Shown piece after piece: positions 37,204 to 46,461 of a stretch of 64,000 bases of DNA. Every line of letters begins with the position of its first letter. The first letter of the stretch is position 1. Source of the DNA: Candidatus Latescibacterota bacterium (GTDB lineage: Bacteria > Latescibacterota > UBA2968 > UBA8231); NCBI GenBank assembly GCA_965215195.1, contig CBDCDC010000002.1, positions 1,120,001 to 1,184,000 of the forward strand. Reading direction: 5' to 3'. The position numbers were made by a program, and so were the translations under genes. The notes beneath the pieces were generated by a model that saw only the letters and a list, made by a program, of their open reading frames with translations, searched no databases and was not told the DNA's origin.

Positions 37204-38202
37204 TCAGCGCCGGTTGCCCCCCTCGGGTCCGATGTCTCCCGTACCCACCCCAACGCCCGCGAGCACCTCGCTGTAGCCGGGATAGGTGACGGCGTATTGG
37301 AAGCCCTCGTTGGTGCCGGCCGCGCCAAAGCGGCCCTGCTTGTCGAGCGCCACGAAATTGAGGTGCAATTCCTCGACCGGACGCGGGTCAAGTGCCACGA
37401 TGCGGCCGATGGTCTCCGCGCAGGCTTCCTCCGGGTGCAGCCCTTGGCGCATGTATTCGACCGCGAGGAAGGTGGCGCAGTAGCGCATGACATTCTCGCC
37501 CAAGCCGGTGGCCCCGGCCGCGCCCACGCCCCCATCGACGTACAGGCCGCTGCCAATGATCGGGGAGTCGCCGACGCGGCCCGGCAGCTTGTAACCCCAG
37601 CCGCTGGTCGAGCAGCCACCAGCGAGCCGCCTGTCGGCGTCAAGCCCGAGCAGGGCGATGGTGTCGTGATTGTCGGCCGCGCCCTGCTTTTCCCGCCATT
37701 CCTCCCACGCCTTGCGCCTTTCTTCCGTCAGCAAATCGACGCTTGCAAACCCCTGCTCCAGCGCGAACTGCCGCGCACCTTCGCCGACGAGCATGACGTG
37801 CTTGGTCTCGTCCATCACCCGGCGCGCTACCGAGATCGGGTGCAGGATGCCCTCGATGGCGGCGACGCTGCCAGCGCGTTGCCCCTCGCCGTCCATGATA
37901 CAGGCGTCGAGCTGCACCACGCCCCGGGCATTAGGTATGCCCCCCAATCCTACGGATGCGTTGGAAGCGTCGGCCTCGGCCACGTGGATGCCGCGCTCAA
38001 CTGCGTCGAGGATGGAGCCGCCCTGTGCGGCGATCCGCAGCGCTTGTTCGTTGGCGGCCTTGCCAAAGGGCCACGTAGAAATGAAGAGGGGGCGAGCCGT
38101 GCTCATGGGGATGTCCTTTTCCGCGCGGGCCGTCCCGGCGAGGGCTAGACCGCCGGCAGCTAGCGCGGTCTCGCGCATGAAGCGGCGGCGGCTCAGGGGC
38201 AT
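37204..38202 (-). CDS. N(4)-(beta-N-acetylglucosaminyl)-L-asparaginase (Ntn hydrolase), Tat-exported
   Basis: SRRRF Tat motif; SVG.GG.P, LDACIMD, HDTI autocleavage site, STSG...K.PGRVGDSPI.GSG. Confidence 0.92.
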   Translation of the reverse strand: MPLSRRRFMRETALAAGGLALAGTARAEKDIPMSTARPLFISTWPFGKAANEQALRIAAQGGSILDAVERGIHVAEADASNASVGLGGIPNARGVVQLDACIMDGEGQRAGSVAAIEGILHPISVARRVMDETKHVMLVGEGARQFALEQGFASVDLLTEERRKAWEEWREKQGAADNHDTIALLGLDADRRLAGGCSTSGWGYKLPGRVGDSPIIGSGLYVDGGVGAAGATGLGENVMRYCATFLAVEYMRQGLHPEEACAETIGRIVALDPRPVEELHLNFVALDKQGRFGAAGTNEGFQYAVTYPGYSEVLAGVGVGTGDIGPEGGNRR

Positions 38203-38205
38203 GGC

Positions 38206-38652
38206 CTAATCCTCGTCGGCACCGTGGTCATCGTCGTCTTTATAGGCAATGGCGGCAATCTCGACGCGAAAGTCAAAGACGATCTGCGCCCCGCCGGTGC
38301 AGGCCCGCGCCGGGAATTGCTCCTCAAAGTACGAGGCGTATGCCTTGTTCATCTCGTGATAGTCCTCAATGTCTGAGAGCCAGACGGTGACATTGACCAA
38401 GTCGTCGTACGCATACCCGTTCTCTGCGAGTATCCGCCCGATGTTTTCCATGACCTGATGGGTCTCGGCCGCGACCGACTCCTTGACGTCGGCACCGTCG
38501 GCCGTGCGGGCGATCTGGCCGCTGATGAAGAGGAAGCCGCCGGCTTGGCGGGCCGGGCTAAAGGGCAGGGTCTTGAGCGGCACGGCCTCTTGGGCCAAGG
38601 CCGGCGAGACAGCGAGCGCAAACGCAAGCGCAGCGCAGATACAGCTTTTCAT
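38206..38652 (-). CDS. RidA/YjgF-family protein with signal peptide
   Basis: PFSPA...G.LFISGQI, MN..YA.YF...PAR, VEI.AIA. Confidence 0.88.
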   Translation of the reverse strand: MKSCICAALAFALAVSPALAQEAVPLKTLPFSPARQAGGFLFISGQIARTADGADVKESVAAETHQVMENIGRILAENGYAYDDLVNVTVWLSDIEDYHEMNKAYASYFEEQFPARACTGGAQIVFDFRVEIAAIAYKDDDDHGADED

Positions 38653-38729
38653 AAGGTATCTCCTGATTCGGGTTGGAGTTGGTTAATAAGCGCAATAGCC
38701 TACCGAGCGACAACCGACGCTGGGTGCCG

Positions 38730-39011
38730 ATGCGGGCCGGCAAGAATCAAAACACCTTGCTGGACGAACATATTAAAAAGATCACTGCCGCGTGTAAAAG
38801 ACGCGAAGACGTGGACAAATGCGCTCATCTCGCCCCTTTTGAGGAAATTAGGGAAAACGACTTCAATTTGAACATTCCGCGTTATGTAGATACTTTTGAG
38901 GAGGAAGAGATTGATATTGACGCGGTGGAGAAGGAGATTGTGCGGATGGAAGGGGAATTGAGCGTGGTGCGGGGGGAGATGGGGCGATTGTTGAAGGGAA
39001 TCCGCAGGTGA
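38730..39011 (+). pseudogene. hsdM: Type I R-M methyltransferase subunit, 3' fragment
   Basis: GKNQN.L...HI.KI...EI.ENDFNLNIPRYVDTFEEEE.DI is the HsdM C-terminus; the catalytic region is absent. Confidence 0.85.
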
Positions 39012-39121
39012 TGCAGATTAGCGCAGATGATAGAAGGGATGGGGAGACGTATGCAGTTATTGGTGCTGCGAGACTAGAGCACAAAAGGTTGGTGTTTAAT
39101 CTGCGGATAAAAGGAGAATAA
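39011..39121 (+). pseudogene. Internally deleted GxxExxY-family gene remnant
   Basis: MQISADDRRDGETYAVIGAA|RLEHKRLVFNLR: the family's N-terminal (TYAVIGAA) and C-terminal (LExKRL) segments joined directly. Confidence 0.6.
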
Positions 39122-39125
39122 AAGC

Positions 39126-39539
39126 ATGAGACGACGAGAAGCCCGCCTCATTTTGGGTGTGGATGAGGACGCCACCACAGACGCGATAAAATCGGCGTTT
39201 CGCCGCTATGCCCTCGAGCATCACCCCGACCGCAACCCGGACAACCCGGATGCCGAAGAGGCATTTAAGAAGGGTGCCCATGCCTATCGCTTGCTGACGG
39301 GACAGGAGGGGGCCGATCTGGATGCGTTGTTTGAGCAGTTTGAGGATATAGAGCAAGCTCTCGACAACATGAAGCAGTCCTTTGACGAATTTGAAAAAAA
39401 TATGTCAGAAGGACTCGACAATATATCACAGGGACTCGACAAGATCGAAACTAAGATGTCCCGCATGTTTAAGTGGGTCATCATCTTGGTGATTTTCAAG
39501 ACCCTATCGTTGAGTCTTCTCATTCTGTTCGGTTCCTGA
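39126..39539 (+). CDS. Small J-domain protein with coiled coil and C-terminal membrane anchor
   Basis: ILGV...A....IK.AFR..A...HPDRN; heptad repeats; hydrophobic C-terminus. Confidence 0.85.
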   Translation: MRRREARLILGVDEDATTDAIKSAFRRYALEHHPDRNPDNPDAEEAFKKGAHAYRLLTGQEGADLDALFEQFEDIEQALDNMKQSFDEFEKNMSEGLDNISQGLDKIETKMSRMFKWVIILVIFKTLSLSLLILFGS

Positions 39540-39550
39540 TCTGTGTGAGA

Positions 39551-39597
39551 ATCCGCAGATGACGCAGATAATGCGAACATCTGCGCCATCTGCGGAT
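39551..39597. repeat. Imperfect inverted repeat of the CGCAGAT/ATCTGCG type
   Basis: ATCCGCAGATGACGCAGAT...ATCTGCGCCATCTGCGGAT; related arms at about 39000-39029 and 39099-39108. Confidence 0.7.
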
Positions 39598-39613
39598 AAC
39601 GGAGACTAAAGGC

Positions 39614-40147
39614 ATGAGCAAGAAACCCTCAAAAAACCTTACCATCCGCAACAGCACGGCGGAATTTCTTATCTGCGCCAATCAAGCCGGCGAGAATGGG
39701 ACTGAAGTGCGTTATCAGGACGAAACCATCTGGCTCACGCAAAAACTCATGGCTGAGCTATTTGATGTCAGCATCCCAACGATCAACGAGCATCTGAAAA
39801 ACATCTTTGAGTCTGGAGAATTACAATCAGATTCAGTTATTAGGAAATTCCGAATAACTGCCGCTGACGGGAAAAACTACAGCACCCAGTTTTACAACCT
39901 CGACGCCATTATTTCCGTTGGCTATAGGGTGAACTCCAAACGCGCTACCCAATTTCGCCAATGGGCAACCCATATCCTGCGGGAATTTGCTATCAAAGGC
40001 TATGTGCTCGATAAAGAGCGGCTGGAAAACGGCGCGTTTCTCGGCGAGGACTATTTTGAGCGGTTGCTGGAGGAAATCCGCGAGATTCGTCTTCGGCTAT
40101 CCAACCGCAAACTGTTCCCAAGGGAACTGAAAGGAAAGAGTTGGTAA
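39614..40147 (+). pseudogene. RhuM-family protein, C-terminally truncated
   Basis: ETIWLTQK.MAELF, YNLDAIISVGYRVNS.RATQFRQWAT, DYFERLLEEIREIR; the frame then switches to HsdS-like sequence. Confidence 0.8.
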
Positions 40148-40780
40148 GCCAGACTGTACTGCTCGATAGTGGCCCCCTCGGTCTACTAACCAATCCAAAT
40201 GTATCGGAACGGGCCAAGCAATGTGTGAGGTGGAACGCCATCAACCCGAGACAGTAGCAATTGGAATGGAGATGTTTTTTGGCTCACTCCATCAGAAGTT
40301 ACTAAACTATCTGAAAAGTACATCGATTCTACCGAAAGACAAATAACCCGAAAAGGACTCTCCCATACAACATTACTTCCTGAAAACTGTCTTATCGTAT
40401 GCACCAGAGCTACTATAGGAAACTGTTGCATCAATACTATCCCTATGGCAATCAATCAAGGATTTAAATGTATCCACCCTCATAAAGACTATTCAGTCAT
40501 ATTCTTATACTATACCTTTCAATTATTAAAGGCACAACTAGTAAGATTGTCCTGTGGAAATACATTTGGTGAAGTTTCAAGAAAAGACTTTGCCAATATC
40601 ATAATATCTATTCCGACCTTATTTGAGCAGAAAACTATTGCTGAACATCTGGATACTGCACAACAGGAAATATATCTACTCAAACAACTCGTCGAACAAT
40701 ACCGCACTCAAAAGCGCGGATTGATGCAGAAACTGCTGATAGGCGAATGGAGAATAAAATTAAACAAAGGAGAGCATTAA
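40100..40780 (+). pseudogene. hsdS: Type I R-M specificity subunit, 3' fragment
   Basis: GGTPS...WNGD..W.TP, RATIG, NQGF, P.L.EQ..IA..L, QKRGLMQKLL.GE; in-frame TGA at 40226-40228; first TRD missing. Confidence 0.85.
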
Positions 40781-40781
40781 A

Positions 40782-41451
40782 ATGGCCAGAAAGATTTTTG
40801 TCTCTTATAAACACAGCGATAATTCTGTTGAACCTCTCAATTATGAAACGACAGCTCGTGCTTACGTGGATAAAATAATTGAATTATTTGAAGGAGATGA
40901 AATCTATAAAGGAGAAGGGGATGAAGATTTAAGTGAATTTAAAGATGCTACTATTGAAATGCACCTGAAAAATAAAATTTACGATAGCAATATCACACTT
41001 GTTTTGATCTCACCTAATATGAAAGATAGATACAAAAAAGAATCTGACCAATGGATTCCTTGGGAGATTTCCTAACTCTCTCAAGGAAATCACGCGGGAC
41101 GGTCGCACGAGCCGCACAAACGGAATATTGGCGATTGTGTTGCCAGATCAATACTCCTCCTATCGCTACTTTCTTGATGAGGACTCTTGTCCATTTTGTC
41201 ACTGTATAACTTTACATACTAACAAGCTGTTTCAAATACTAAGAGACAATATGTTTAACATAAAGGAGCCTATTTTTAACAATTGCTCTAACCATACGAT
41301 TACCAATCCTGTTTACATAGGGCCATTTTCCTATATTTCCTCAGTCAAATGGTGTGATTTCGTAGGAAACAAAGAAAAATATCTTCAAGAAGTAGAATAT
41401 CTGAGAGACAATGTAGACGACTACAACATGAAGAAAATTATAGAAAATTGA
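40782..41451 (+). pseudogene. ThsB-like TIR domain protein (DUF1863-like), frameshifted
   Basis: [26 protein letters not shown]; one extra base near 41074 breaks ...WEISYSLKEITR...NGILAIVLPD. Confidence 0.8.
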
Positions 41452-41472
41452 CCATAATAAGGACGTCTATAT

Positions 41473-41535
41473 ACCTAACCTATTAACCAGAGCGGAGCCA
41501 GCGAATGCCAGCCTCGGTTTACCTTTACGCTAACT
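41473..41535 (+). other. Degenerate attC-like palindrome between the TIR genes
   Basis: ACCTAAC...TAACCAGAG / CTCGGTTTA...GCTAACT. Confidence 0.35.
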
Positions 41536-41552
41536 CACACAAGGAGGCCAAA

Positions 41553-42074
41553 ATGGCGAACTCACTAAAGAGAAGAGCGTTTTACAGCTTCCACTACAAG
41601 CCGGATAACTGGCGGGCGTCTCAAGTTCGCAATATCGGTGTCATCGAAGGCAATAGGCCAGCGACAGATAACGATTGGGAAGCAGTGAAACGGGGTGGAG
41701 ATGTAGCTATAGCTAGATGGATCAATGGCCAAATGAGGGGAAGGTCTTGCACCATCGTTTTGGTTGGGACAAACACCGCGAATCGCAAGTGGATCAACTA
41801 CGAAATTAGTGAGTCTTGGAGCCAGAGAATGGGCATTGTGGGCATTCATATCCATGGCTTGAAGGATAGATATGGTCATACTTCAACAATGGGTGCTAAC
41901 CCCTTCTCTTACGTTAGGGTTCCAAGAATACAAAGGCCGATGTCAACCGTTGTGCGGTGCTATAACCCGTCGGGTCGAAACAGCACGGATAAGTACAATT
42001 GGATTGCCAGTAATCTTTCAGCTATGGTTGAAGAATCAATCGCCATCCGTAACCAATTCTCGACACGGAGGTAA
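41553..42074 (+). CDS. ThsB-like TIR domain protein (DUF1863-like), intact
   Basis: RBS AAGGAGG; FYSFHY..D.WR...VRN, SCTIVLVG..T..RKWI.YEI..S (catalytic Glu present). Confidence 0.88.
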   Translation: MANSLKRRAFYSFHYKPDNWRASQVRNIGVIEGNRPATDNDWEAVKRGGDVAIARWINGQMRGRSCTIVLVGTNTANRKWINYEISESWSQRMGIVGIHIHGLKDRYGHTSTMGANPFSYVRVPRIQRPMSTVVRCYNPSGRNSTDKYNWIASNLSAMVEESIAIRNQFSTRR

Positions 42075-42080
42075 TCTGCA

Positions 42081-42527
42081 ATGAACAACAATGAACGCAT
42101 CTTGAAACACTTAGAGTTTATTCAAGGCGTCGTAAATCGCTTGGGTAGAAACTCTTTCCTACTCAAGGGTTGGAGCATGGCCGTCCTCGTCGCCGGCTCC
42201 TTGTTGATGGTGCGACTCAGACCGGACCAGCCTCTATTGGCATTGACGCTTATCGTGCCTGTTGTCGGGTTCTGGCTGTTAGATGCGTACTTCTTGTGGC
42301 AAGAGCGGTTGTTCCGCGCCGAGTACGACCGCGTACGCAAGCAGGATGAGACTGACTTTGCCATGAATCCGATGCAGCATAAGGACAAGCCGAAACATAG
42401 CTGGCCCGCAACATTTTTCTCGGTGACGCTGGTCATTTTTTACGGCATAGAAATTCTGTTTGTCTCTGTTCTCGTTGGGTCCCTATGGATCGCAGGCAAC
42501 CCGGCAGCGGGGAGTTGCTGCCCATGA
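42081..42527 (+). CDS. Small multi-TM protein (SLATT-like), candidate TIR-system effector
   Basis: HLEFIQ.V.NRL..NSF..KGW, FW.LDAYFL.QER.FR..YD; about three TM helices; 6 bp after the TIR gene. Confidence 0.7.
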   Translation: MNNNERILKHLEFIQGVVNRLGRNSFLLKGWSMAVLVAGSLLMVRLRPDQPLLALTLIVPVVGFWLLDAYFLWQERLFRAEYDRVRKQDETDFAMNPMQHKDKPKHSWPATFFSVTLVIFYGIEILFVSVLVGSLWIAGNPAAGSCCP

Positions 42528-42578
42528 TCTTCAACCCTCGCGTTTTGGAACGTGCGGACAGAGGTTCTAACCAACAAT

Positions 42579-42620
42579 TTACTCAATATACTGAGTAAAA
42601 TTACTCAAAGAAATGAGTAA
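42579..42620 (+). promoter_or_regulatory. Tandem palindromic operator TTACTCA-N6-TGAGTAA x2
   Basis: Copies at 42579-42598 and 42601-42620; the second overlaps ATG 42613. Confidence 0.65.
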
Positions 42621-43827
42621 AAAGACCTTCATCAGACCCCAAGCGTCCGAGCTATCCCGGCGCTTGAAAGAACCCCGGCGGTTCATTCAAGTCGTCTCGG
42701 GAGCGAGGCAGGTAGGCAAAACAACCCTTGTCTTGCAAGTCGCCGAGCGGAGCAAACTGCCCTATCACGTTGCCAGCGCCGACGAGCCGACCCTTCGCGG
42801 TGCCGGGTGGATTGAATCCCAATGGGAAGAGGCCCGGCTGCTCGCCGACAGCTCTAAAAGAAAAGGGGCCTTGCTCGTATTGGATGAGGTACACAAAGTT
42901 CCGCATTGGGCTGAAACGGTCAAGTATCTCTGGGATGAAGACACCCGCAAAAAAACACTGGTAAAAACCGTATTGCTCGGCTCGGCCCCGCTCTTAATCG
43001 GGCGGGGACTGACGGAAAGTCTTGCGGGCCGTTTTGAAACCCTGCACATGCCACATTGGAGCTTTCCCGAGATGCGGACGGCCTTTGGCTGGGATCTGCA
43101 ACAATATGTTTTTTACGGTGCCTATCCGGGTGCCGCGCCTTTGATAAAACAGCCGTTCCGCTGGTCGCGCTACATAATAGACGCTCTCATCGAAACAACC
43201 GTCGCCCGCGACGTGCTCCTGCTTTCCCGCGTTGACAAACCGGCATTGCTTCGGCGGCTGTTTGAACTGGGCTGTGCCTATTCCGGGCAAATTCTTTCCT
43301 ACACAAAAATGACGGGGCAACTTCAGGATGCGGGGAACACAACCACTCTTGCCCACTACCTCGACCTGCTCGCGGGTGCCGGCGTACTCACCGGCTTGCC
43401 TAAATACGCCGGCGACACAGCGCGGCGACGGGGGTCAAGCCCCAAGTTTCAAGTCTTCAACACCGCGCTAATAACCGCCCAGTCCGGTATGACTCAGGCA
43501 GAAGCCTTTGCTGACCGCGAATTTTGGGGCCGCTTGACCGAGTCGGCAGTCGGCGCACACCTGCTCAACGCATCCGTCGGCGGAGCGTGTGAACTCTTTT
43601 ATTGGCGGGAGCGCAACCGCGAAGTGGATTTTGTCGTGCGAAGAGGAAAGAAGCTGGTGGCCATAGAAGTAAAAAGCGGACGCACAACCACTTCGCTTCC
43701 CGGCATGGAATCGTTCGCCAAATTTTTCAAACCAGATCGCATGTTAATCGTCGGCACGGGCGGAATTTCTCTTGAACTGTTTCTCTCAAAGCCCGTGGGA
43801 TATTGGATAAATCAGGCAGAAGTATAG
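42613..43827 (+). CDS. AAA_14 ATPase + DUF4143 protein with C-terminal PD-(D/E)xK-like domain
   Basis: GARQVGKTT, LDEVH, ESLAGR, GAYP, EVDFV...AIEVKSG. Confidence 0.9.
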   Translation: MSKKTFIRPQASELSRRLKEPRRFIQVVSGARQVGKTTLVLQVAERSKLPYHVASADEPTLRGAGWIESQWEEARLLADSSKRKGALLVLDEVHKVPHWAETVKYLWDEDTRKKTLVKTVLLGSAPLLIGRGLTESLAGRFETLHMPHWSFPEMRTAFGWDLQQYVFYGAYPGAAPLIKQPFRWSRYIIDALIETTVARDVLLLSRVDKPALLRRLFELGCAYSGQILSYTKMTGQLQDAGNTTTLAHYLDLLAGAGVLTGLPKYAGDTARRRGSSPKFQVFNTALITAQSGMTQAEAFADREFWGRLTESAVGAHLLNASVGGACELFYWRERNREVDFVVRRGKKLVAIEVKSGRTTTSLPGMESFAKFFKPDRMLIVGTGGISLELFLSKPVGYWINQAEV

Positions 43828-43851
43828 TCTGAATAAGACAGGAACAAAACC

Positions 43852-44001
43852 ATGCCCACCTTCCCCTTCAGCGAAAAATACCTCTCCCAGATCCCCGCCC
43901 TGCAACAGTTAATCAACCTGGGCTATCAGTACCTCTCGCCCGCCCAAGCAATGACAGAACGCGGCGGTCGCGTCTCCAATGTCCTGCTGGAAAACCTCTA
44001 A
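43852..44001 (+). pseudogene. hsdR: Type I R-M restriction subunit, 5' fragment
   Basis: MPTFPFSEKYLSQIPALQQLINLGYQYLSP...R....VLL is an HsdR N-terminus; stops after 49 aa. Confidence 0.75.
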
Positions 44002-44020
44002 TCCCTGCGGCCGCAGGCAC

Positions 44021-45250
44021 CTATCCCGTTCTGATCTCGTCCAGTGCCGCGATCATGCGGTCGATTTCGCCAAAGTTGTTGTAGATGTGGGTGGAAACCC
44101 GCTGGGTATAGCCCGGCTCGGCCTCGCCCCAAACCGGGGTCGTGATCCGGTATTTATCATAGAGGAGCGATCCGGGATTGGCGGCACCAAAGCCTTTGAG
44201 GCGAAACGTGGAAATCGAATTGGCGAGATCTGAGTGCGGCGAGGAAAGCGGTTCGACCCAGCCGGTTTCGGCCATGCGCTGGCGCAAATAGCCGGCTAAC
44301 TGCCGCCCGCGGGCGGCGATTTGCTCCTTGCCGATCTCGTTTTGTAGGGCCACCGCCTCGGCTACTGCGCCGAAACAGGACAACTCGCGTGTGCCGATCT
44401 TCGTTAGCTGCCACATAAAAGGCTGCCCCTTGATACAGAGTGCCCCCGCATCATTGCGCTTGGGCCCGTCGTTGTCGTAGCCATGACTGACGGCGATGTG
44501 GTGAAGCTTATCCTGTACTTGCGGCCGGGCGTACAAAAATCCCGTGCCCTTGGGCGCGCAGAGCCACTTGTGACAATTGCCGCCGTAAAAATCACAGCCG
44601 TAGTAGGTCAGGTCTAAAGGGATCTGCCCAGGGGCATGCGCCCCGTCAACGGCGATCATCGCGCCGTGGGCGTGTGCCAACTCGGTCAACTCTTTGATCG
44701 GGGTGATGAGCCCAGAGGGCGACGTCACATGACTGACCAATAACAGCCGCGTCCGCGCGGTCAGCGCCCGGCGGAAAGAGTCCACGATTTGCTCGGGCTC
44801 GGCGGGTGGAATAGAGATTGGCGCTCGCCGCACCACCACGCCATAACGGCGCTCGGCGTGGGACAGACAGTTGTCGATGGCACCGTATTCTTGGTTGGAA
44901 GCCAAAATTTCGTCGCCGGGCTGCCAATCAAGGCCGTGGACGACTTGGTTGATGGCGATGGTGACATTGGTCGTGAGAGCCAAGTCGGCGGGAGCGGCGT
45001 TGAGAAAGGCACCCAGATCGCGCCGCGCTTGGTTTAGGCGATCAATCTGCCGGGCGCGGTTGTGCGTTGGATTGCCCTCCAACTCTTCCAACCCCTTGAC
45101 TAAGGCGTCGAAAACTGAACGATGCAACACGCCCCAAGAGCCGGTATTGAGATAGGACTCGTCGGGCGCATGCATAAAACCAGCGGCAATATCTCGCCAG
45201 TAGGCCTCTGCTTTATTGGTGGTCGGCCAAGCTTTTTTTGAATCGGACAA
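44021..45250 (-). CDS. Class V PLP enzyme (isopenicillin-N epimerase-like)
   Basis: YLNTGS.G, VDGAHAPG, GNCHKWLCAPKG.G, RVS.HIYN. Confidence 0.9.
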   Translation of the reverse strand: MSDSKKAWPTTNKAEAYWRDIAAGFMHAPDESYLNTGSWGVLHRSVFDALVKGLEELEGNPTHNRARQIDRLNQARRDLGAFLNAAPADLALTTNVTIAINQVVHGLDWQPGDEILASNQEYGAIDNCLSHAERRYGVVVRRAPISIPPAEPEQIVDSFRRALTARTRLLLVSHVTSPSGLITPIKELTELAHAHGAMIAVDGAHAPGQIPLDLTYYGCDFYGGNCHKWLCAPKGTGFLYARPQVQDKLHHIAVSHGYDNDGPKRNDAGALCIKGQPFMWQLTKIGTRELSCFGAVAEAVALQNEIGKEQIAARGRQLAGYLRQRMAETGWVEPLSSPHSDLANSISTFRLKGFGAANPGSLLYDKYRITTPVWGEAEPGYTQRVSTHIYNNFGEIDRMIAALDEIRTG

Positions 45251-45420
45251 GGGCTGCTCCCAGTGTTAAACGTTCATGGCGGATTCTTGCATCGCGGCTG
45301 CATGTCCTATTATATTTCACCGCGCACGGCGACCGTCGCGCCGGCCCAATAAAGCCACACTGTGTGCGGGCGGTCAAGTTTCGCGTACAGGGTCCTTTCT
45401 ACGGCCAACCGCTATTATAC

Positions 45421-46461
45421 ATGCCGCCAGCTTTAGCCACCGACACTACCCCGCTGTTGGCCACCGTCGGCCTGACCAAGCACTTCGCCACCCGCAAAAG
45501 CCGCTGGGGTCGGACCACTGGCCAAGTGCGGGCCGTCGACGACGTATCGCTGGCCATCTACCAAGGCGAAACCCTCGGCGTTGTCGGCGAAAGCGGGTGT
45601 GGTAAAACCACCCTCGGGCGCTTGATCCTGCGCTTGATCGAACCCACTGCCGGCCAAGTGCATTTCGCCGGGGTCGATATCAGTCGCCTATCCGGTGCGC
45701 CGATGCGCGCTATTCGCCGTCAAATGCAGGCAATCTTCCAAGATCCCTACAGTTCGTTAAACCCGCGGCTGACAGTACACAAGATCATCGCTCAAGGTAT
45801 CACTACTCATCATCTCGCACGCGGCAAAGAGGTCGGTGCCCGAGTGGCGCAATTGCTGGAGATGGTCGGCTTGCCCGCTGGGGCCGTCCGTCGATACCCA
45901 CACGAATTCTCCGGCGGTCAGCGCCAGCGCATTGGCATCGCCCGCGCCCTAGCGGTCGAGCCGCGTTTTATCGTCGCCGACGAACCAGTTTCTGCTCTCG
46001 ATGTCTCGGTCCAAGCCCAGATCGTCAATCTGCTGCAGGACATCCAAGCCGACATGGGGTTGACCTATATGTTTATCGCCCACGATCTCAGCGTCGTGCG
46101 CCACATTGCCGACCGAGTCGCCGTAATGTATCTAGGCAAAATCGTCGAATTGGCTCCCAAAGAAGCGCTCTACGACACTCCCTTGCACCCCTATACCCAA
46201 GCCCTGCTTGCGGCGGTGCCCGTCCCCAATCCCCACAAGCGGCGGACGAGAATTCTCCTCAGCGGCGATGCGCCCGACCCGACCGCAATCCCTACTGGCT
46301 GTCCGTTCCACCCCCGCTGCGCCGAGCGCCAAGCACAATGCGAAACGACCACCCCACAACTAGCCTCTATCGGCGCTGGACGCCAAGTCGCCTGTTTGCT
46401 GCGACAACCTAGTGCTCCAGTGCTGACCGCCGATCCACCAACAAAGGAAAAACAACATTAA
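45421..46461 (+). CDS. oppF: Oligopeptide ABC transporter ATP-binding protein
   Basis: GESGCGKT, YPHEFSGGQRQR, ADEPVSALD, HPYT.AL, GCPFHPRC. Confidence 0.9.
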   Translation: MPPALATDTTPLLATVGLTKHFATRKSRWGRTTGQVRAVDDVSLAIYQGETLGVVGESGCGKTTLGRLILRLIEPTAGQVHFAGVDISRLSGAPMRAIRRQMQAIFQDPYSSLNPRLTVHKIIAQGITTHHLARGKEVGARVAQLLEMVGLPAGAVRRYPHEFSGGQRQRIGIARALAVEPRFIVADEPVSALDVSVQAQIVNLLQDIQADMGLTYMFIAHDLSVVRHIADRVAVMYLGKIVELAPKEALYDTPLHPYTQALLAAVPVPNPHKRRTRILLSGDAPDPTAIPTGCPFHPRCAERQAQCETTTPQLASIGAGRQVACLLRQPSAPVLTADPPTKEKQH

